Positions 1 to 8,700 of a DNA stretch of 64,000 bases are shown piece after piece. The position numbers and the translations under genes are program-made. Within the stretch, counting starts at the first letter, position 1, and each line of letters begins with the position of its first letter. Below the pieces are notes generated by a model. That model worked only from the letters and a program-made list of their open reading frames with translations. It was not told the origin of the DNA and searched no databases. This DNA comes from an uncultured bacterium (GTDB taxonomy: Bacteria; UBP7; UBA6624), in the NCBI GenBank assembly GCA_964507645.1, contig CAZDPU010000003.1, positions 4,274-68,273 of the forward strand, read 5' to 3'.

Positions 1-1
1 T

Positions 2-232
2 GGAGCTGTCTTTGGGGCTGCCTTCCTTCCTTCTTTAATTCATTCTCTTTATAGAAAAACAAAACCTGTAAATGCAGCTTGGGCTTCTTTGTTCTCAGGG
101 GTTTTTTCAGTTCTTCTTTGGAAATTTTTTGTTACCGTGGAATGGGCTCAACTCAAAATGATCCATGAGGTTGTTGCCGGTACCTTGATTTCTTTTATAG
201 TTTTTTATTTATTTAAGGGCAAAGATGAATAA
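2..232 (+). CDS. 3' end of a membrane transporter gene (partial; sodium:solute symporter-like C-terminus)
   Basis: The frame is open from the window edge to TAA at 230-232. The translation (...SLYRKTKPVNAAWASLFSGVFSVLLWKF...VVAGTLISFIVFYLF) is two hydrophobic helices resembling SSS-family C-termini. It overlaps the next ATG by 8 nt. Confidence 0.45.
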   Translation, partial: GAVFGAAFLPSLIHSLYRKTKPVNAAWASLFSGVFSVLLWKFFVTVEWAQLKMIHEVVAGTLISFIVFYLFKGKDE

Positions 233-707
233 GAACATTCGCTTGAGGGTTGCTGCCATAGTTGAGAGTGAAGGAAGGATACTTTTCAACAGGCAGGAGA
301 TACCTGGAAAAGAGTGTGCTTATTCTTTGATGGGAGGAGGCCTTGAGGCTGGAGAATCTGCTAGAGAATGCCTAGTAAGAGAGTTTAAAGAGGAGCTCAA
401 CTGGAGTATTGATGTTAGAAATCTTCTTTATGTTTCAGAAAACACATGGCTTGAAGAGGATCCAGAAGATTTTAATTTCAATCAAAAAATGCAGGAAGTT
501 TGTCTGTATTTTTATGCAACATTAAAAGAGTCATCAGTTGGCAAAACTCCAGAAACTGAAGAAGGCCATCTTTGGCCGGGATGGTTCTCTGAAGAAGAGA
601 TAGAAAAAGACGGAAAGATTTTTCCTCCCTTTTTAAGAGAAAGGCTTTTTGAGGATGCGAAAAAGAAATTCTCCTTAGAGGTTGAATTTTTTACTGATGG
701 TTTTTAG
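225..707 (+). CDS. NUDIX hydrolase
   Basis: Nudix box GGGLEAGESARECLVREFKEELN (GX5EX7REUXEEXGU pattern) in a 160-aa ORF. Confidence 0.85.
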   Translation: MNKNIRLRVAAIVESEGRILFNRQEIPGKECAYSLMGGGLEAGESARECLVREFKEELNWSIDVRNLLYVSENTWLEEDPEDFNFNQKMQEVCLYFYATLKESSVGKTPETEEGHLWPGWFSEEEIEKDGKIFPPFLRERLFEDAKKKFSLEVEFFTDGF

Positions 708-1111
708 TTGATTTGAGTTTTTATTCTTTTTGAAACTTTTTCAATTTCTTTATTTATTTCACATTCCCAAAACCTCATAACAACCCATCCTTTTTTTTTC
801 AGCTTGGAATCTACCCTTTCATCTCTTTTCTTGTTTTCTTTGAGTTTTTTAGACCAGTATTTTTTATTAGAAGAAGGTTTCTTGTAACAGAGTGGACACC
901 CATGCCAAAAGCATCCATCTACAAAGATTGATATTTTTTTTCCAACATAGCATATATCTGGTTTCCCAGGTGCTTTTTTGTAGTTTAACCTATAACCTTT
1001 ATAGCCAGAATGCCATAAGGTTTTTCTTAAGCTTATTTCAGGCTTTGTATCTTTGCTTCTTATTTTTGACATTATTTTGGATCTTGTTTCTTTTGAAAAT
1101 TTGTCACTCAT
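704..1111 (-). CDS. vsr: Very short patch repair endonuclease (Vsr)
   Basis: TRSKIMSKIRSKDTKPE...PGKPDI...IFVDGCFWHGCP...WVVMRFWECE matches Vsr along its full length. I place the start at the internal ATG (1109-1111, MSDKF...), 2 nt after the Smr stop. The ORF track extends to 1132. Confidence 0.9.
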   Translation of the reverse strand: MSDKFSKETRSKIMSKIRSKDTKPEISLRKTLWHSGYKGYRLNYKKAPGKPDICYVGKKISIFVDGCFWHGCPLCYKKPSSNKKYWSKKLKENKKRDERVDSKLKKKGWVVMRFWECEINKEIEKVSKRIKTQIN

Positions 1112-1113
1112 TA

Positions 1114-1398
1114 TCAAAAAAAGGAAAACCAAACAGCGCCGGGGTTTTTGAGGCTTAGCCCTTGAGGCTTGTGCAGTTTTATTCTTTTGTCTTTTTTAAG
1201 TATCTCATAAACCATTTCCTTAAGAGTACCACCGCTTGCTCCATGAACAATAATGCCCCACTCCATCGAGGAGTTGTAAAGGTCGTCAATCCAATTTAGA
1301 GTTTTTTCTTTTGCCTCTTCGTATCTTAGATGGCGTATATGGAGCTCTCTTTCAGGATTGTAGGAGTCGCCTTCATAGCTCCAATTTTCGCCTTTCAT
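1114..1398 (-). CDS. Small stand-alone Smr (MutS2-type nuclease) domain protein
   Basis: ELHIRHLRYEEAKEKTLNWID...IIVHGASGGTLKEMVYEILKKD resembles the Smr LDLHG...HGxG core. I chose the start ATG at 1396-1398, which overlaps the upstream stop as TGATG. The ORF track extends to 1458. Confidence 0.65.
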   Translation of the reverse strand: MKGENWSYEGDSYNPERELHIRHLRYEEAKEKTLNWIDDLYNSSMEWGIIVHGASGGTLKEMVYEILKKDKRIKLHKPQGLSLKNPGAVWFSFF

Positions 1399-1745
1399 CA
1401 ATCTTCTGGAAAGAGGAATTTGCCTGGATCGCTGAAGAAATCTACTCTGAAAATACAATTAAAACCCTTTTTTTTCCATCTAGGAATCCTTCTGACATCC
1501 CTATGTGTTACAAGTCCTATGGTTCTTACAAAATCAGATATGCTAGGAAAGCTTTCGATTTCTTTAGGGTTTTGTGCACCTAGGTCAACAATTATCAAAT
1601 CCCATTTTTTTTCTTCTATCCTTTTTGCTACATCTTTCGGGTCAACATGTTCAACTTCGTAGCCTGTTGCACCTAGAGATACTTTTATGTGTTCTCCCAA
1701 GAGCAAGTTTGGAATACTCAAGAGAACATCTTCATTTATTTTCAA
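1398..1745 (-). CDS. Receiver-like (CheY-fold) domain protein, degenerate
   Basis: KKWDLIIVDL...GLVTH resembles the central strand and phospho-acceptor Asp region of receiver domains. The N-terminal acidic pair is absent. This is a weak pattern-level call. Confidence 0.3.
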   Translation of the reverse strand: MKINEDVLLSIPNLLLGEHIKVSLGATGYEVEHVDPKDVAKRIEEKKWDLIIVDLGAQNPKEIESFPSISDFVRTIGLVTHRDVRRIPRWKKKGFNCIFRVDFFSDPGKFLFPED

Positions 1746-3706
1746 GACTCAACCTCTTCTTTGGAAATTGGTATTTTTTTCCACAAGGCTTTTAGTATTG
1801 CAAAACCTACTAACCCAAGAACAAGGAAGGTCCAAGCACTTGAGTCACTGTAAGAAGTTTCAGAAATCAAAGAATCTGAAAAAAGGTTGTTTTTTGCAAT
1901 TATTACTGATATCGTGTTTACAAGGAAATGAATCATTACTGCGTACCATATTGTTCCTGTTCTGATTGTCAGCATTGCAAACAGTATTCCAAGGACGAAC
2001 GTGAATACGAATCTAGCAGGATGCATGTGCATTAATGCAAAAAGAAGAGAGCTGAAAAAGATTGCCTTTTTTGTTCCTAGTTTTCTGAATCCATGCAGTA
2101 TAAAACCTCTAAAAACAAGTTCTTCGGTTATTCCTGGCATTATTCCAACAACAAAGATTAAGAAAGTTATTGAATTTTCATCTATCAATTTTGTGAATAT
2201 CTCTTCAAATTCAGGTGGAGATGGCCAAATTGACTCCCCAATATAGCCAAAAGGCAAACCAAGAAGCCATGCCCCTACTCCAAAAAGCAAAAGATAAAAA
2301 CCAAATTTAAACCTTTTTGGAAAGATGTAGTCTCTTCTAAGGCCAAGGGTTTTATTGATGAGATGAGGCAGAATGAGCATCGCTCCAATTTGCGCTATGA
2401 ATGTTGCCATCAAAATGCTCTGCCCTTGAGACAGGTCCTTGAAAAGGTTGTATTCGCCGAAATAGCTTAAAAGGAGAAAAGTTATGAATATAAAAACAAA
2501 AGACATCATTGTTTCCGGGATTGATGCATACCGAGTTCCGTCTCTTCCCGTTTTCCACCATTGCTTCCAGTTGATTCCTCCCATACCAAGTATTGTATTT
2601 TCAGATTTGAATTGATAGGCTGATGCATTCAGTAAACCAATCCCTATTCCTGTTGTCCATAAAACAGAAATCCAAGAAGCTATGTCTCCAGAGGATGTTA
2701 ACCATGATTTCAAAGATACTCCTGCCCCAATTCCAGGAACCCAATTTACCCAATTTGATATATTGTCTCCACTCAGGCTTACAAATGCAAATATCATAAA
2801 GACCAAGATGAATGTATGCAAATAGCTACTTGCTTCTTTTGTAGATCTTGAAGATGATGCTATAAAAATGAGTGCTCCACTAAAGAAGACAATCATCGGG
2901 ATTGACCCAAGTACAGTTATAAGAAAGTGAGAAAAGAAATTCGCGCTTGCTCCTCCCATGAAATGAATAGATATCATCAGCAGTGCAATATTTAAAGCTA
3001 TTGCAAAAAGTGTAAGTAACCCTATTACTAGAAATTTTCCAAAAACAATTTCTTTTGCCTTTATTGGGAGGGCAAGCAGGCTTTCTGCCGTTCCCCTTTC
3101 TTTTTCTCCAGTCATTGAGTCTATTGATGGGTGTGCAAGAAGGTTCATGACCATCAACAAGACAACAATTGGCAAAAATTGTGCTAATTCAATTCCAGAA
3201 ACTTTTTCTTTTGGGGCAATGTTAATTGCTGTCACAAGTGGTGGATTTAGGATTTCTTCTGAAATTTGATTTTCCTCTAATGTTTTTTTTGCTTTTTCTA
3301 ATTTCGATAATCTCAGATGTTGAACAAGTGCCTCTGCTGCTCTTTGCGATTTTCCATCACTTCTTCCACCGTCAAAGTGAATAAAAAACTCGTTTTCACT
3401 GAATTCAAGATAGGCATCTGCTTTTTGTTTTGTTAAAGCTTCTAGAAAATCTTTATTGAAAGGCTCTATGGTCAAATTTTCGCTTTTGGTTTCAGAAAAT
3501 TCACTTATAAGACTTTCCTCAACAAGGATAAGGTAGTTTTCTTCTGCCCTCTTTGTGACTGTTTGTGTTTCTTGTATCCCTGCTACAACCAGGAATAAGG
3601 GTATGAAAATTACCGGAAATACAACCATTGCAATTATTGTCCTGATATCTCTTATCAGTTCAGTTCCATCTTTCAGGAATATGGCTCTTACCCTATTCCA
3701 TCTCAC
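1742..3706 (-). CDS. ABC-2 (NatB-like) permease fused to a C-terminal CPBP/Abi intramembrane protease domain
   Basis: 654 aa. The N-terminal TM is followed by a large loop and a multi-TM ABC-2 region. The C-terminus carries the CPBP motifs EELVFRGF, FSSLLFALMH and HFLVN. It overlaps the upstream ATPase gene region in operon fashion. Confidence 0.75.
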   Translation of the reverse strand: MRWNRVRAIFLKDGTELIRDIRTIIAMVVFPVIFIPLFLVVAGIQETQTVTKRAEENYLILVEESLISEFSETKSENLTIEPFNKDFLEALTKQKADAYLEFSENEFFIHFDGGRSDGKSQRAAEALVQHLRLSKLEKAKKTLEENQISEEILNPPLVTAINIAPKEKVSGIELAQFLPIVVLLMVMNLLAHPSIDSMTGEKERGTAESLLALPIKAKEIVFGKFLVIGLLTLFAIALNIALLMISIHFMGGASANFFSHFLITVLGSIPMIVFFSGALIFIASSSRSTKEASSYLHTFILVFMIFAFVSLSGDNISNWVNWVPGIGAGVSLKSWLTSSGDIASWISVLWTTGIGIGLLNASAYQFKSENTILGMGGINWKQWWKTGRDGTRYASIPETMMSFVFIFITFLLLSYFGEYNLFKDLSQGQSILMATFIAQIGAMLILPHLINKTLGLRRDYIFPKRFKFGFYLLLFGVGAWLLGLPFGYIGESIWPSPPEFEEIFTKLIDENSITFLIFVVGIMPGITEELVFRGFILHGFRKLGTKKAIFFSSLLFALMHMHPARFVFTFVLGILFAMLTIRTGTIWYAVMIHFLVNTISVIIAKNNLFSDSLISETSYSDSSAWTFLVLGLVGFAILKALWKKIPISKEEVES

Positions 3707-3708
3707 AA

Positions 3709-4410
3709 CTAAACTCCTGCAACCTTTAAAAAGGATTCAGAAAGGGTTTTTTCAGGCCATTTGTTTTTTTTCCAGCTCGCAATGGTTTTGCCATTTGATA
3801 AAACAACAACGAGATCTGCTATTTTTTCAGCAATCCAGACTTGGTGAGTTGATACGAGCAAGCCTTTATTCTCTTTTTTTGCATTGTATAAATCTTCTAT
3901 TATTTTTGTCGTTGCTACAAGGTCTAGAGTTGCTGTTGGTTCATCAAGTATTAAATATTCTGTATTTCTTGCAAGAGCTCTTGCAATCAAAACCCTTTGT
4001 CTGTTTCCTGTTGATAGTGTTTCCATTCGTTGTTCTGAATATTTTTCAACATTGAGCATTTTCAAGTATTTGTTGGTTTTCTTAAGAGCTTCTTCTTCCC
4101 TCAAGCCCTCTGCCCTTAGGCAGAAGAGTATATGTTCTTTTGGGGTCAATCTTTTATACACTCCAGCATCAGCATGAACATAAGCCACAGATTCTCGTAG
4201 TTTCAAAGAGTCAATTTCGTGATTGTCTAACAGTATTTTTCCTGAATCAGGCTTCAAAAGACCTATTAGGGTTCTTATTGTTGTTGTTTTTCCAGCGCCA
4301 TTGGCTCCCAGGAGAGCAACTATCTGACCTTTCTTTATCTCTAGAGATACGTTGTCACAGGCTTGAGTTCCTTCAATGTTTTTCCGAATGTTTTTTAAAG
4401 ATATGCTCAC
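3709..4410 (-). CDS. ABC transporter ATP-binding protein
   Basis: Walker A GANGAGKTTT, signature LSTGNRQR, Walker B LILDEPT. Confidence 0.9.
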   Translation of the reverse strand: MSISLKNIRKNIEGTQACDNVSLEIKKGQIVALLGANGAGKTTTIRTLIGLLKPDSGKILLDNHEIDSLKLRESVAYVHADAGVYKRLTPKEHILFCLRAEGLREEEALKKTNKYLKMLNVEKYSEQRMETLSTGNRQRVLIARALARNTEYLILDEPTATLDLVATTKIIEDLYNAKKENKGLLVSTHQVWIAEKIADLVVVLSNGKTIASWKKNKWPEKTLSESFLKVAGV

Positions 4411-6278
4411 ATTTTTTCCGGTACAGATATTCCAAAAACTTTTAAAGACTTTTCTAAGGTCTCTAATGTACAGTAAGTTAAATTTAATCTGAAATTTTCT
4501 GTTTTTTTGTTTTCGTTGATGATTGGGCTTGAATGATAAAAATTAGAAAAGGATTTTGCAAGCCTATGAAGAGCTTCTAATAGAGGGGTTGGACTGATGC
4601 TTTCAAATGATCTTTTTAATTCATTCTGTATTGTGAAGAGCTGAAAAAGAAGTGCTTTCTCCTCTTTGTTCATATCCGTTGGACTATATTGAAGATTGGG
4701 TTTTTTATCACTTTTCTCCAAAACTCTTTTACATCTAACAGCAGCATACTGAAGGTAAGAGCCTGTTTTTCCTTCATTGGACAATACTTCATCCCATTTG
4801 AATGATATCTTCTTATTAAAGTCTCTTGAGAACATTAAATGCTTAAGTGCGCCGATCACTATTTTGTCCAAATCTTTAGATGAAAGCTTGTCGCTAGATT
4901 TTGATTTTACAAAGTTTTTTGCCTGATTCCATAGTTCAGAAAATGCTACAATATTTCCAGACCTACTCGACATCTTTCCCTCTGGGAGATCTACCATTTC
5001 ATATCCAATATGTGTCAATTTTGAACTATCTCCATTCTTTTCTAAAATTTTAAACACCTGCTTGAAATAAAATCCTTGCGGAGCCCCAACAACGTAAAAA
5101 GACTTATCTGTTTCATATTGATTTTTTTTCAACTGGGCAAGAGCGAGGTCTTTTGCGGAATAAAGGGGAAGTCCATCCGATCTCAATAAAGGCAAAACAT
5201 CAAGACCTGGTTCATTGTAGGGTTCTTTTTTAAAATCAACAAAAACTGAACCTTTTTCTTCTTTTGCTAGGCCTTTTTTCACAAGTTCTTTTGAGATTCT
5301 TACAGCCTCTTCTTCTAATTCTGACTCATAGTAGATTTTTTCAAATTCAATTTCAAGAAGTTTGTAAATTTCGTCAAAAGCTTCTAAGCACCATTCTTTT
5401 GTTTTTTCCCAATCTTTAACCAAAATCTCATTTTTTTCTTTCCACCTTTGGGCAATTTCATTTTGTGAATTAATGTCTTTTTCCCAGGATTCTGCACTTG
5501 AAACAAGTTCCCTTAAGTCCTCTCCTTTGAATTCTCCTTGCTTAAAATGTTGAAAAATCTTATTTATTAAGAATTTATTTTTTTTAAGTTTCTTGAAGTT
5601 GTCTTTTATTTCAAATTCTCCAAGTTTGTTAATTTTTTCTTTGTTTTCCCAGATTTTTTTAAGAAATTTTTCTTTTGACTCAGATTCTTTTTGTGCCCAT
5701 TCGGAATAAAACCCACCAAGCCAACTTGACAAATCTCCTTTCTTTGGAGGTTCAGGCTTGCCTCTCTTCTCCCAACCTAAAAGTGCTTTTAGGACGTGTG
5801 TTCCTATGTCTCCAATGTAATTTGTTGAAATCACATCAACTCCAAAAATTCTTGATATCTTAACTATAAAGTCCCCAGTTACAACATTCCTAAAATGCCC
5901 TATATGAAAAGCTTTGTGCGTGTTTGGTTGAGAGTATTCAACCATCCATTTTTCTGAAGAAGTCTTGTTTGAAAGTATGTTTTTTTCATTTTTATAAAAA
6001 TCAAACAATGCTTCAGCAACATCTTCATAATTCAGATTAATTTGAAGTGCTTTATTGTTGTTTTCGATATTTTTGACAAAGTGATAAGGTTTTAATGTTT
6101 CTAATAGAGAATCTTCAGATCCTCCCCATTTGATCGAATTTGTACAAATAAAACTAAGTTTTTTATCATCCCTCCTTAAAGAAGGATCATGGCTTTCTGC
6201 AGGTTTTAGGTCTAGCAGAACGTTTTCGATATTTTTTAAAAAAAGATTCCATGGATGATTATTCATAACTACCAACAA
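4407..6278 (-). CDS. argS: Arginine--tRNA ligase
   Basis: EYSQPNTHKAFHIGHFRN...NYIGDIGTH (HIGH region of ArgRS type), RSDGLPLYSAKDLA, and KMSSRSGN (the MSTRxG equivalent). The C-terminus is DALR-like. The start could also be the ATG at 6266. Confidence 0.85.
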   Translation of the reverse strand: MLVVMNNHPWNLFLKNIENVLLDLKPAESHDPSLRRDDKKLSFICTNSIKWGGSEDSLLETLKPYHFVKNIENNNKALQINLNYEDVAEALFDFYKNEKNILSNKTSSEKWMVEYSQPNTHKAFHIGHFRNVVTGDFIVKISRIFGVDVISTNYIGDIGTHVLKALLGWEKRGKPEPPKKGDLSSWLGGFYSEWAQKESESKEKFLKKIWENKEKINKLGEFEIKDNFKKLKKNKFLINKIFQHFKQGEFKGEDLRELVSSAESWEKDINSQNEIAQRWKEKNEILVKDWEKTKEWCLEAFDEIYKLLEIEFEKIYYESELEEEAVRISKELVKKGLAKEEKGSVFVDFKKEPYNEPGLDVLPLLRSDGLPLYSAKDLALAQLKKNQYETDKSFYVVGAPQGFYFKQVFKILEKNGDSSKLTHIGYEMVDLPEGKMSSRSGNIVAFSELWNQAKNFVKSKSSDKLSSKDLDKIVIGALKHLMFSRDFNKKISFKWDEVLSNEGKTGSYLQYAAVRCKRVLEKSDKKPNLQYSPTDMNKEEKALLFQLFTIQNELKRSFESISPTPLLEALHRLAKSFSNFYHSSPIINENKKTENFRLNLTYCTLETLEKSLKVFGISVPEKM

Positions 6279-7161
6279 TCATCATAAGAAATTTTTTTAG
6301 ATTTATCCCTTCGGCTTTTGCGCTTAGCGGCAAAAGGCTTAGTTTTGTCATTCCTGGAATTGTATTTGTTTCTAAATACCAAATTCTTTCATCATCAACA
6401 ATGAAGTCAGATCTTGAAAAAGACCTGCATCCAAGTGAATTATGGGCGATTAATGCATATTTTTTTAAATTTTTAATTATTGTTTTGTTTATATTTTTAG
6501 GTTTTTCAATATATTCTGTTTCCCCAGAGGTGTATTTCGATTTGTAATTGTAGAAATTTGAATTCTTGGGTACAACCTCCACAGCTCCTAATGTAATTTG
6601 AATCCCTTTTTCTTCAACAATGCCCACTGTTAACTCTCTCCCAGAGACATAAGGTTCTACAAAGCATTTTTCTTTTAACTCTAAGGTTTTCCACTTTTGC
6701 TCTGTGTCAACCAGGTGAGTGTCAATGCTCGAACCTTCATTTATCGGTTTCACAATTAGCTTATTTCCAAAGTTTTTGAAATGAGGCATTTTTTCAGGGG
6801 AGTAGATTTCATGAGGCAGAACAGGTATCTTTTTTTCTGCAAGGAGTTTTTTTGTTTTTATTTTGTCTAAGGATAGAGAGCTTGCTTTTGGCCCAGAGCC
6901 AACATACCTTATTCGATGAAGATCCAAGAAGGCTTGAACTGATCCGTCTTCCCCCCCACCCTTTCCATGTAGGCATGGAAAAACAAGTGTATTTTTTTCA
7001 ACTTCTTCCAAGAGCTCAACAAGGCTGCTTCCATCTTTTATATCTTTTTTTTCTGTATTTGCATGAAAGGTCTTTAGGGTTTTGTAGATTTGTTCCATGG
7101 AATTTAGGCTAACTTCTCTTTCTTTTGACCAGCCTCCACCCAAAACAATAATTTTCTTCAT
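6259..7161 (-). CDS. ddl: D-alanine--D-alanine ligase
   Basis: MKKIIVLGGGWSKEREVSLNS..., LHGKGGEDGSVQAFLDL and LETNTIPGMT. The start ATG at 7159-7161 overlaps the map stop as ATGA. The ORF track extends to 7191. Confidence 0.9.
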   Translation of the reverse strand: MKKIIVLGGGWSKEREVSLNSMEQIYKTLKTFHANTEKKDIKDGSSLVELLEEVEKNTLVFPCLHGKGGGEDGSVQAFLDLHRIRYVGSGPKASSLSLDKIKTKKLLAEKKIPVLPHEIYSPEKMPHFKNFGNKLIVKPINEGSSIDTHLVDTEQKWKTLELKEKCFVEPYVSGRELTVGIVEEKGIQITLGAVEVVPKNSNFYNYKSKYTSGETEYIEKPKNINKTIIKNLKKYALIAHNSLGCRSFSRSDFIVDDERIWYLETNTIPGMTKLSLLPLSAKAEGINLKKFLMMIVGSYE

Positions 7162-7952
7162 GAAAAAATTACTGAAGGCTTTTCTTTCCAAAGCTCGGAA
7201 TCTGTCAAAATCAAGGGTTGGTTTCCAACAACTACCGTATGCTCATAGTGTGCTGTAAGAGAATGATCTTTTGTAGCTATTGTCCATCCATCTGGCTTTG
7301 TGTACGTTTCCGTCTCTCCTTGTGATGCCATTATCTCAATTGCTATGCATTGATTTTTTACCAATGTTTCCCCAGTGTTTCTTGTGCCAAAATTGGGTAT
7401 TAATGGATCTCCATGGAGGATTGTTCCTATGCCATGGCCAAAAAGCTCTTTACTAGGAGTGTATCCACCCTTAAAAAGAACTTCCTGTGTTGCAAAGCCT
7501 ATATCTCCTGTCTTGTTTTTTGGAACTGCTTGATCAATGGATTGATAGAGGGAATCCCAAACACAGTCTAAAAAAATCATGTCTTTTTTTGAAATTCTTC
7601 CTACAGGATACGTATATGCAGAATCAGAATACATTCCATTGACAATGACACCAAAGTCAACTGTAACTGTGTCTCCCTTCATCAAAACCCTCTCTGAAGG
7701 GAAACCATGAACAAACTCCTCATTGACGCTTATACACGTTGCAAAAGGATATCCGTTATATCCCTGGAATGCAGGTTTTGAATTTCTTTCTTTAATTTCT
7801 GCAAGAACCATGTTTTCAATTTCTAATGTTCTTATTCCGGGTTTAATAAAATCTTTTAGCCTATCCAGAACTTCCCCTGTTATTGCAGCGCTTTTCATGG
7901 AGTACTCAAGAGAGGTTTTGTCCAATATTTGAATATTTTCTTTTTTAATCAT
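7158..7952 (-). CDS. map: Type I methionine aminopeptidase
   Basis: FQGYNGYPFATCISVNEEFVHGFP, DTVTVDFG, FGHGIG and HYEHTVVV. Confidence 0.93.
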   Translation of the reverse strand: MIKKENIQILDKTSLEYSMKSAAITGEVLDRLKDFIKPGIRTLEIENMVLAEIKERNSKPAFQGYNGYPFATCISVNEEFVHGFPSERVLMKGDTVTVDFGVIVNGMYSDSAYTYPVGRISKKDMIFLDCVWDSLYQSIDQAVPKNKTGDIGFATQEVLFKGGYTPSKELFGHGIGTILHGDPLIPNFGTRNTGETLVKNQCIAIEIMASQGETETYTKPDGWTIATKDHSLTAHYEHTVVVGNQPLILTDSELWKEKPSVIFS

Positions 7953-7953
7953 T

Positions 7954-8700
7954 TTAAATGTCGCTAAATTTTAATAATTTAATTGATTTTTCTTCACTAA
8001 AAAATGTTTTTATTTTTTTGTTCACCAGTGTTGAAAGCTCTATTTCTCTTTGCCATGAATAATAAAGATTTTCAATAGTATTTTTTCCCATTGATCCAGG
8101 ATGGCACGAAATATCTGTTGTTCCTTCTTTTAGATTCTTTAGTATTTTTAAAAAACCTGGGACAGTTATCCCAGGCTCTTCATAAAAGTCTTCAACAAAA
8201 TAATCTGCAGTTTTTATATTTTCTTTTTTAGCAATTTCCCTTTGCCATTTTGACGTTACCCTCATTGAAAGATTTTCTTCTTTTGCAATGATTAAAATAA
8301 TATTAAAAATTTTTGGATTGTTCTGTAGATAATCAGAGCAACTTATCCATTTCGGATTAAAGGATTTTTTTGATTTTTCTAACTGAGCATAAAACTCTTT
8401 TTTGATTTCTTTTATTTTTGAGTTAAGAAAAATTTCACGACCAGTCTTTAAAAAGACACCCTCTTTTCCCAAAAGAGAATCTATTCCATTTTTTGAGATT
8501 GGGTTTCCCTTTGTTAAATTTAATTGGATCCCAAGATCAACATCTAATTTTTTCAACTTGCTAAGGAACTTGGGTTTTTTATTAGAGTTTATTATTCCCA
8601 CATTTTTCAATATCCCTTCTTTGCATGCTCTAACTATGCCTTCGTCTATTGAATTAAATAGACCAAAATCATTAGCCCCTATTATTAGATTTTTATTCAT
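7954..8700 (-). CDS. ChbG/YdjC-family carbohydrate deacetylase
   Basis: N-terminal LIIGANDFGLFNSIDEGIVRACKEGIL and the later ISCHPG match YdjC family hallmarks. Confidence 0.7.
   Translation of the reverse strand: MNKNLIIGANDFGLFNSIDEGIVRACKEGILKNVGIINSNKKPKFLSKLKKLDVDLGIQLNLTKGNPISKNGIDSLLGKEGVFLKTGREIFLNSKIKEIKKEFYAQLEKSKKSFNPKWISCSDYLQNNPKIFNIILIIAKEENLSMRVTSKWQREIAKKENIKTADYFVEDFYEEPGITVPGFLKILKNLKEGTTDISCHPGSMGKNTIENLYYSWQREIELSTLVNKKIKTFFSEEKSIKLLKFSDI

Noticed and set aside
1114-1745. The overlapping ORFs 1114-1458 and 1398-1745 might be one frameshifted gene (receiver plus Smr fusion pseudogene).
   Set aside because: An in-frame ATG at 1396-1398 gives a normal-length stand-alone Smr protein and forms a TGATG stop/start junction. 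Similar tight stop/start overlaps (ATGA type) occur at other gene junctions here, so no frameshift needs to be invoked.
5411-5726. A Lys/Glu-rich ~100-aa stretch inside ArgRS, as a possible inserted domain or mobile element.
   Set aside because: It lies in frame between the HIGH region and the conserved catalytic-core motifs, where ArgRS sequences vary. It looks like lineage-specific low-complexity expansion, not an intein or insertion element.
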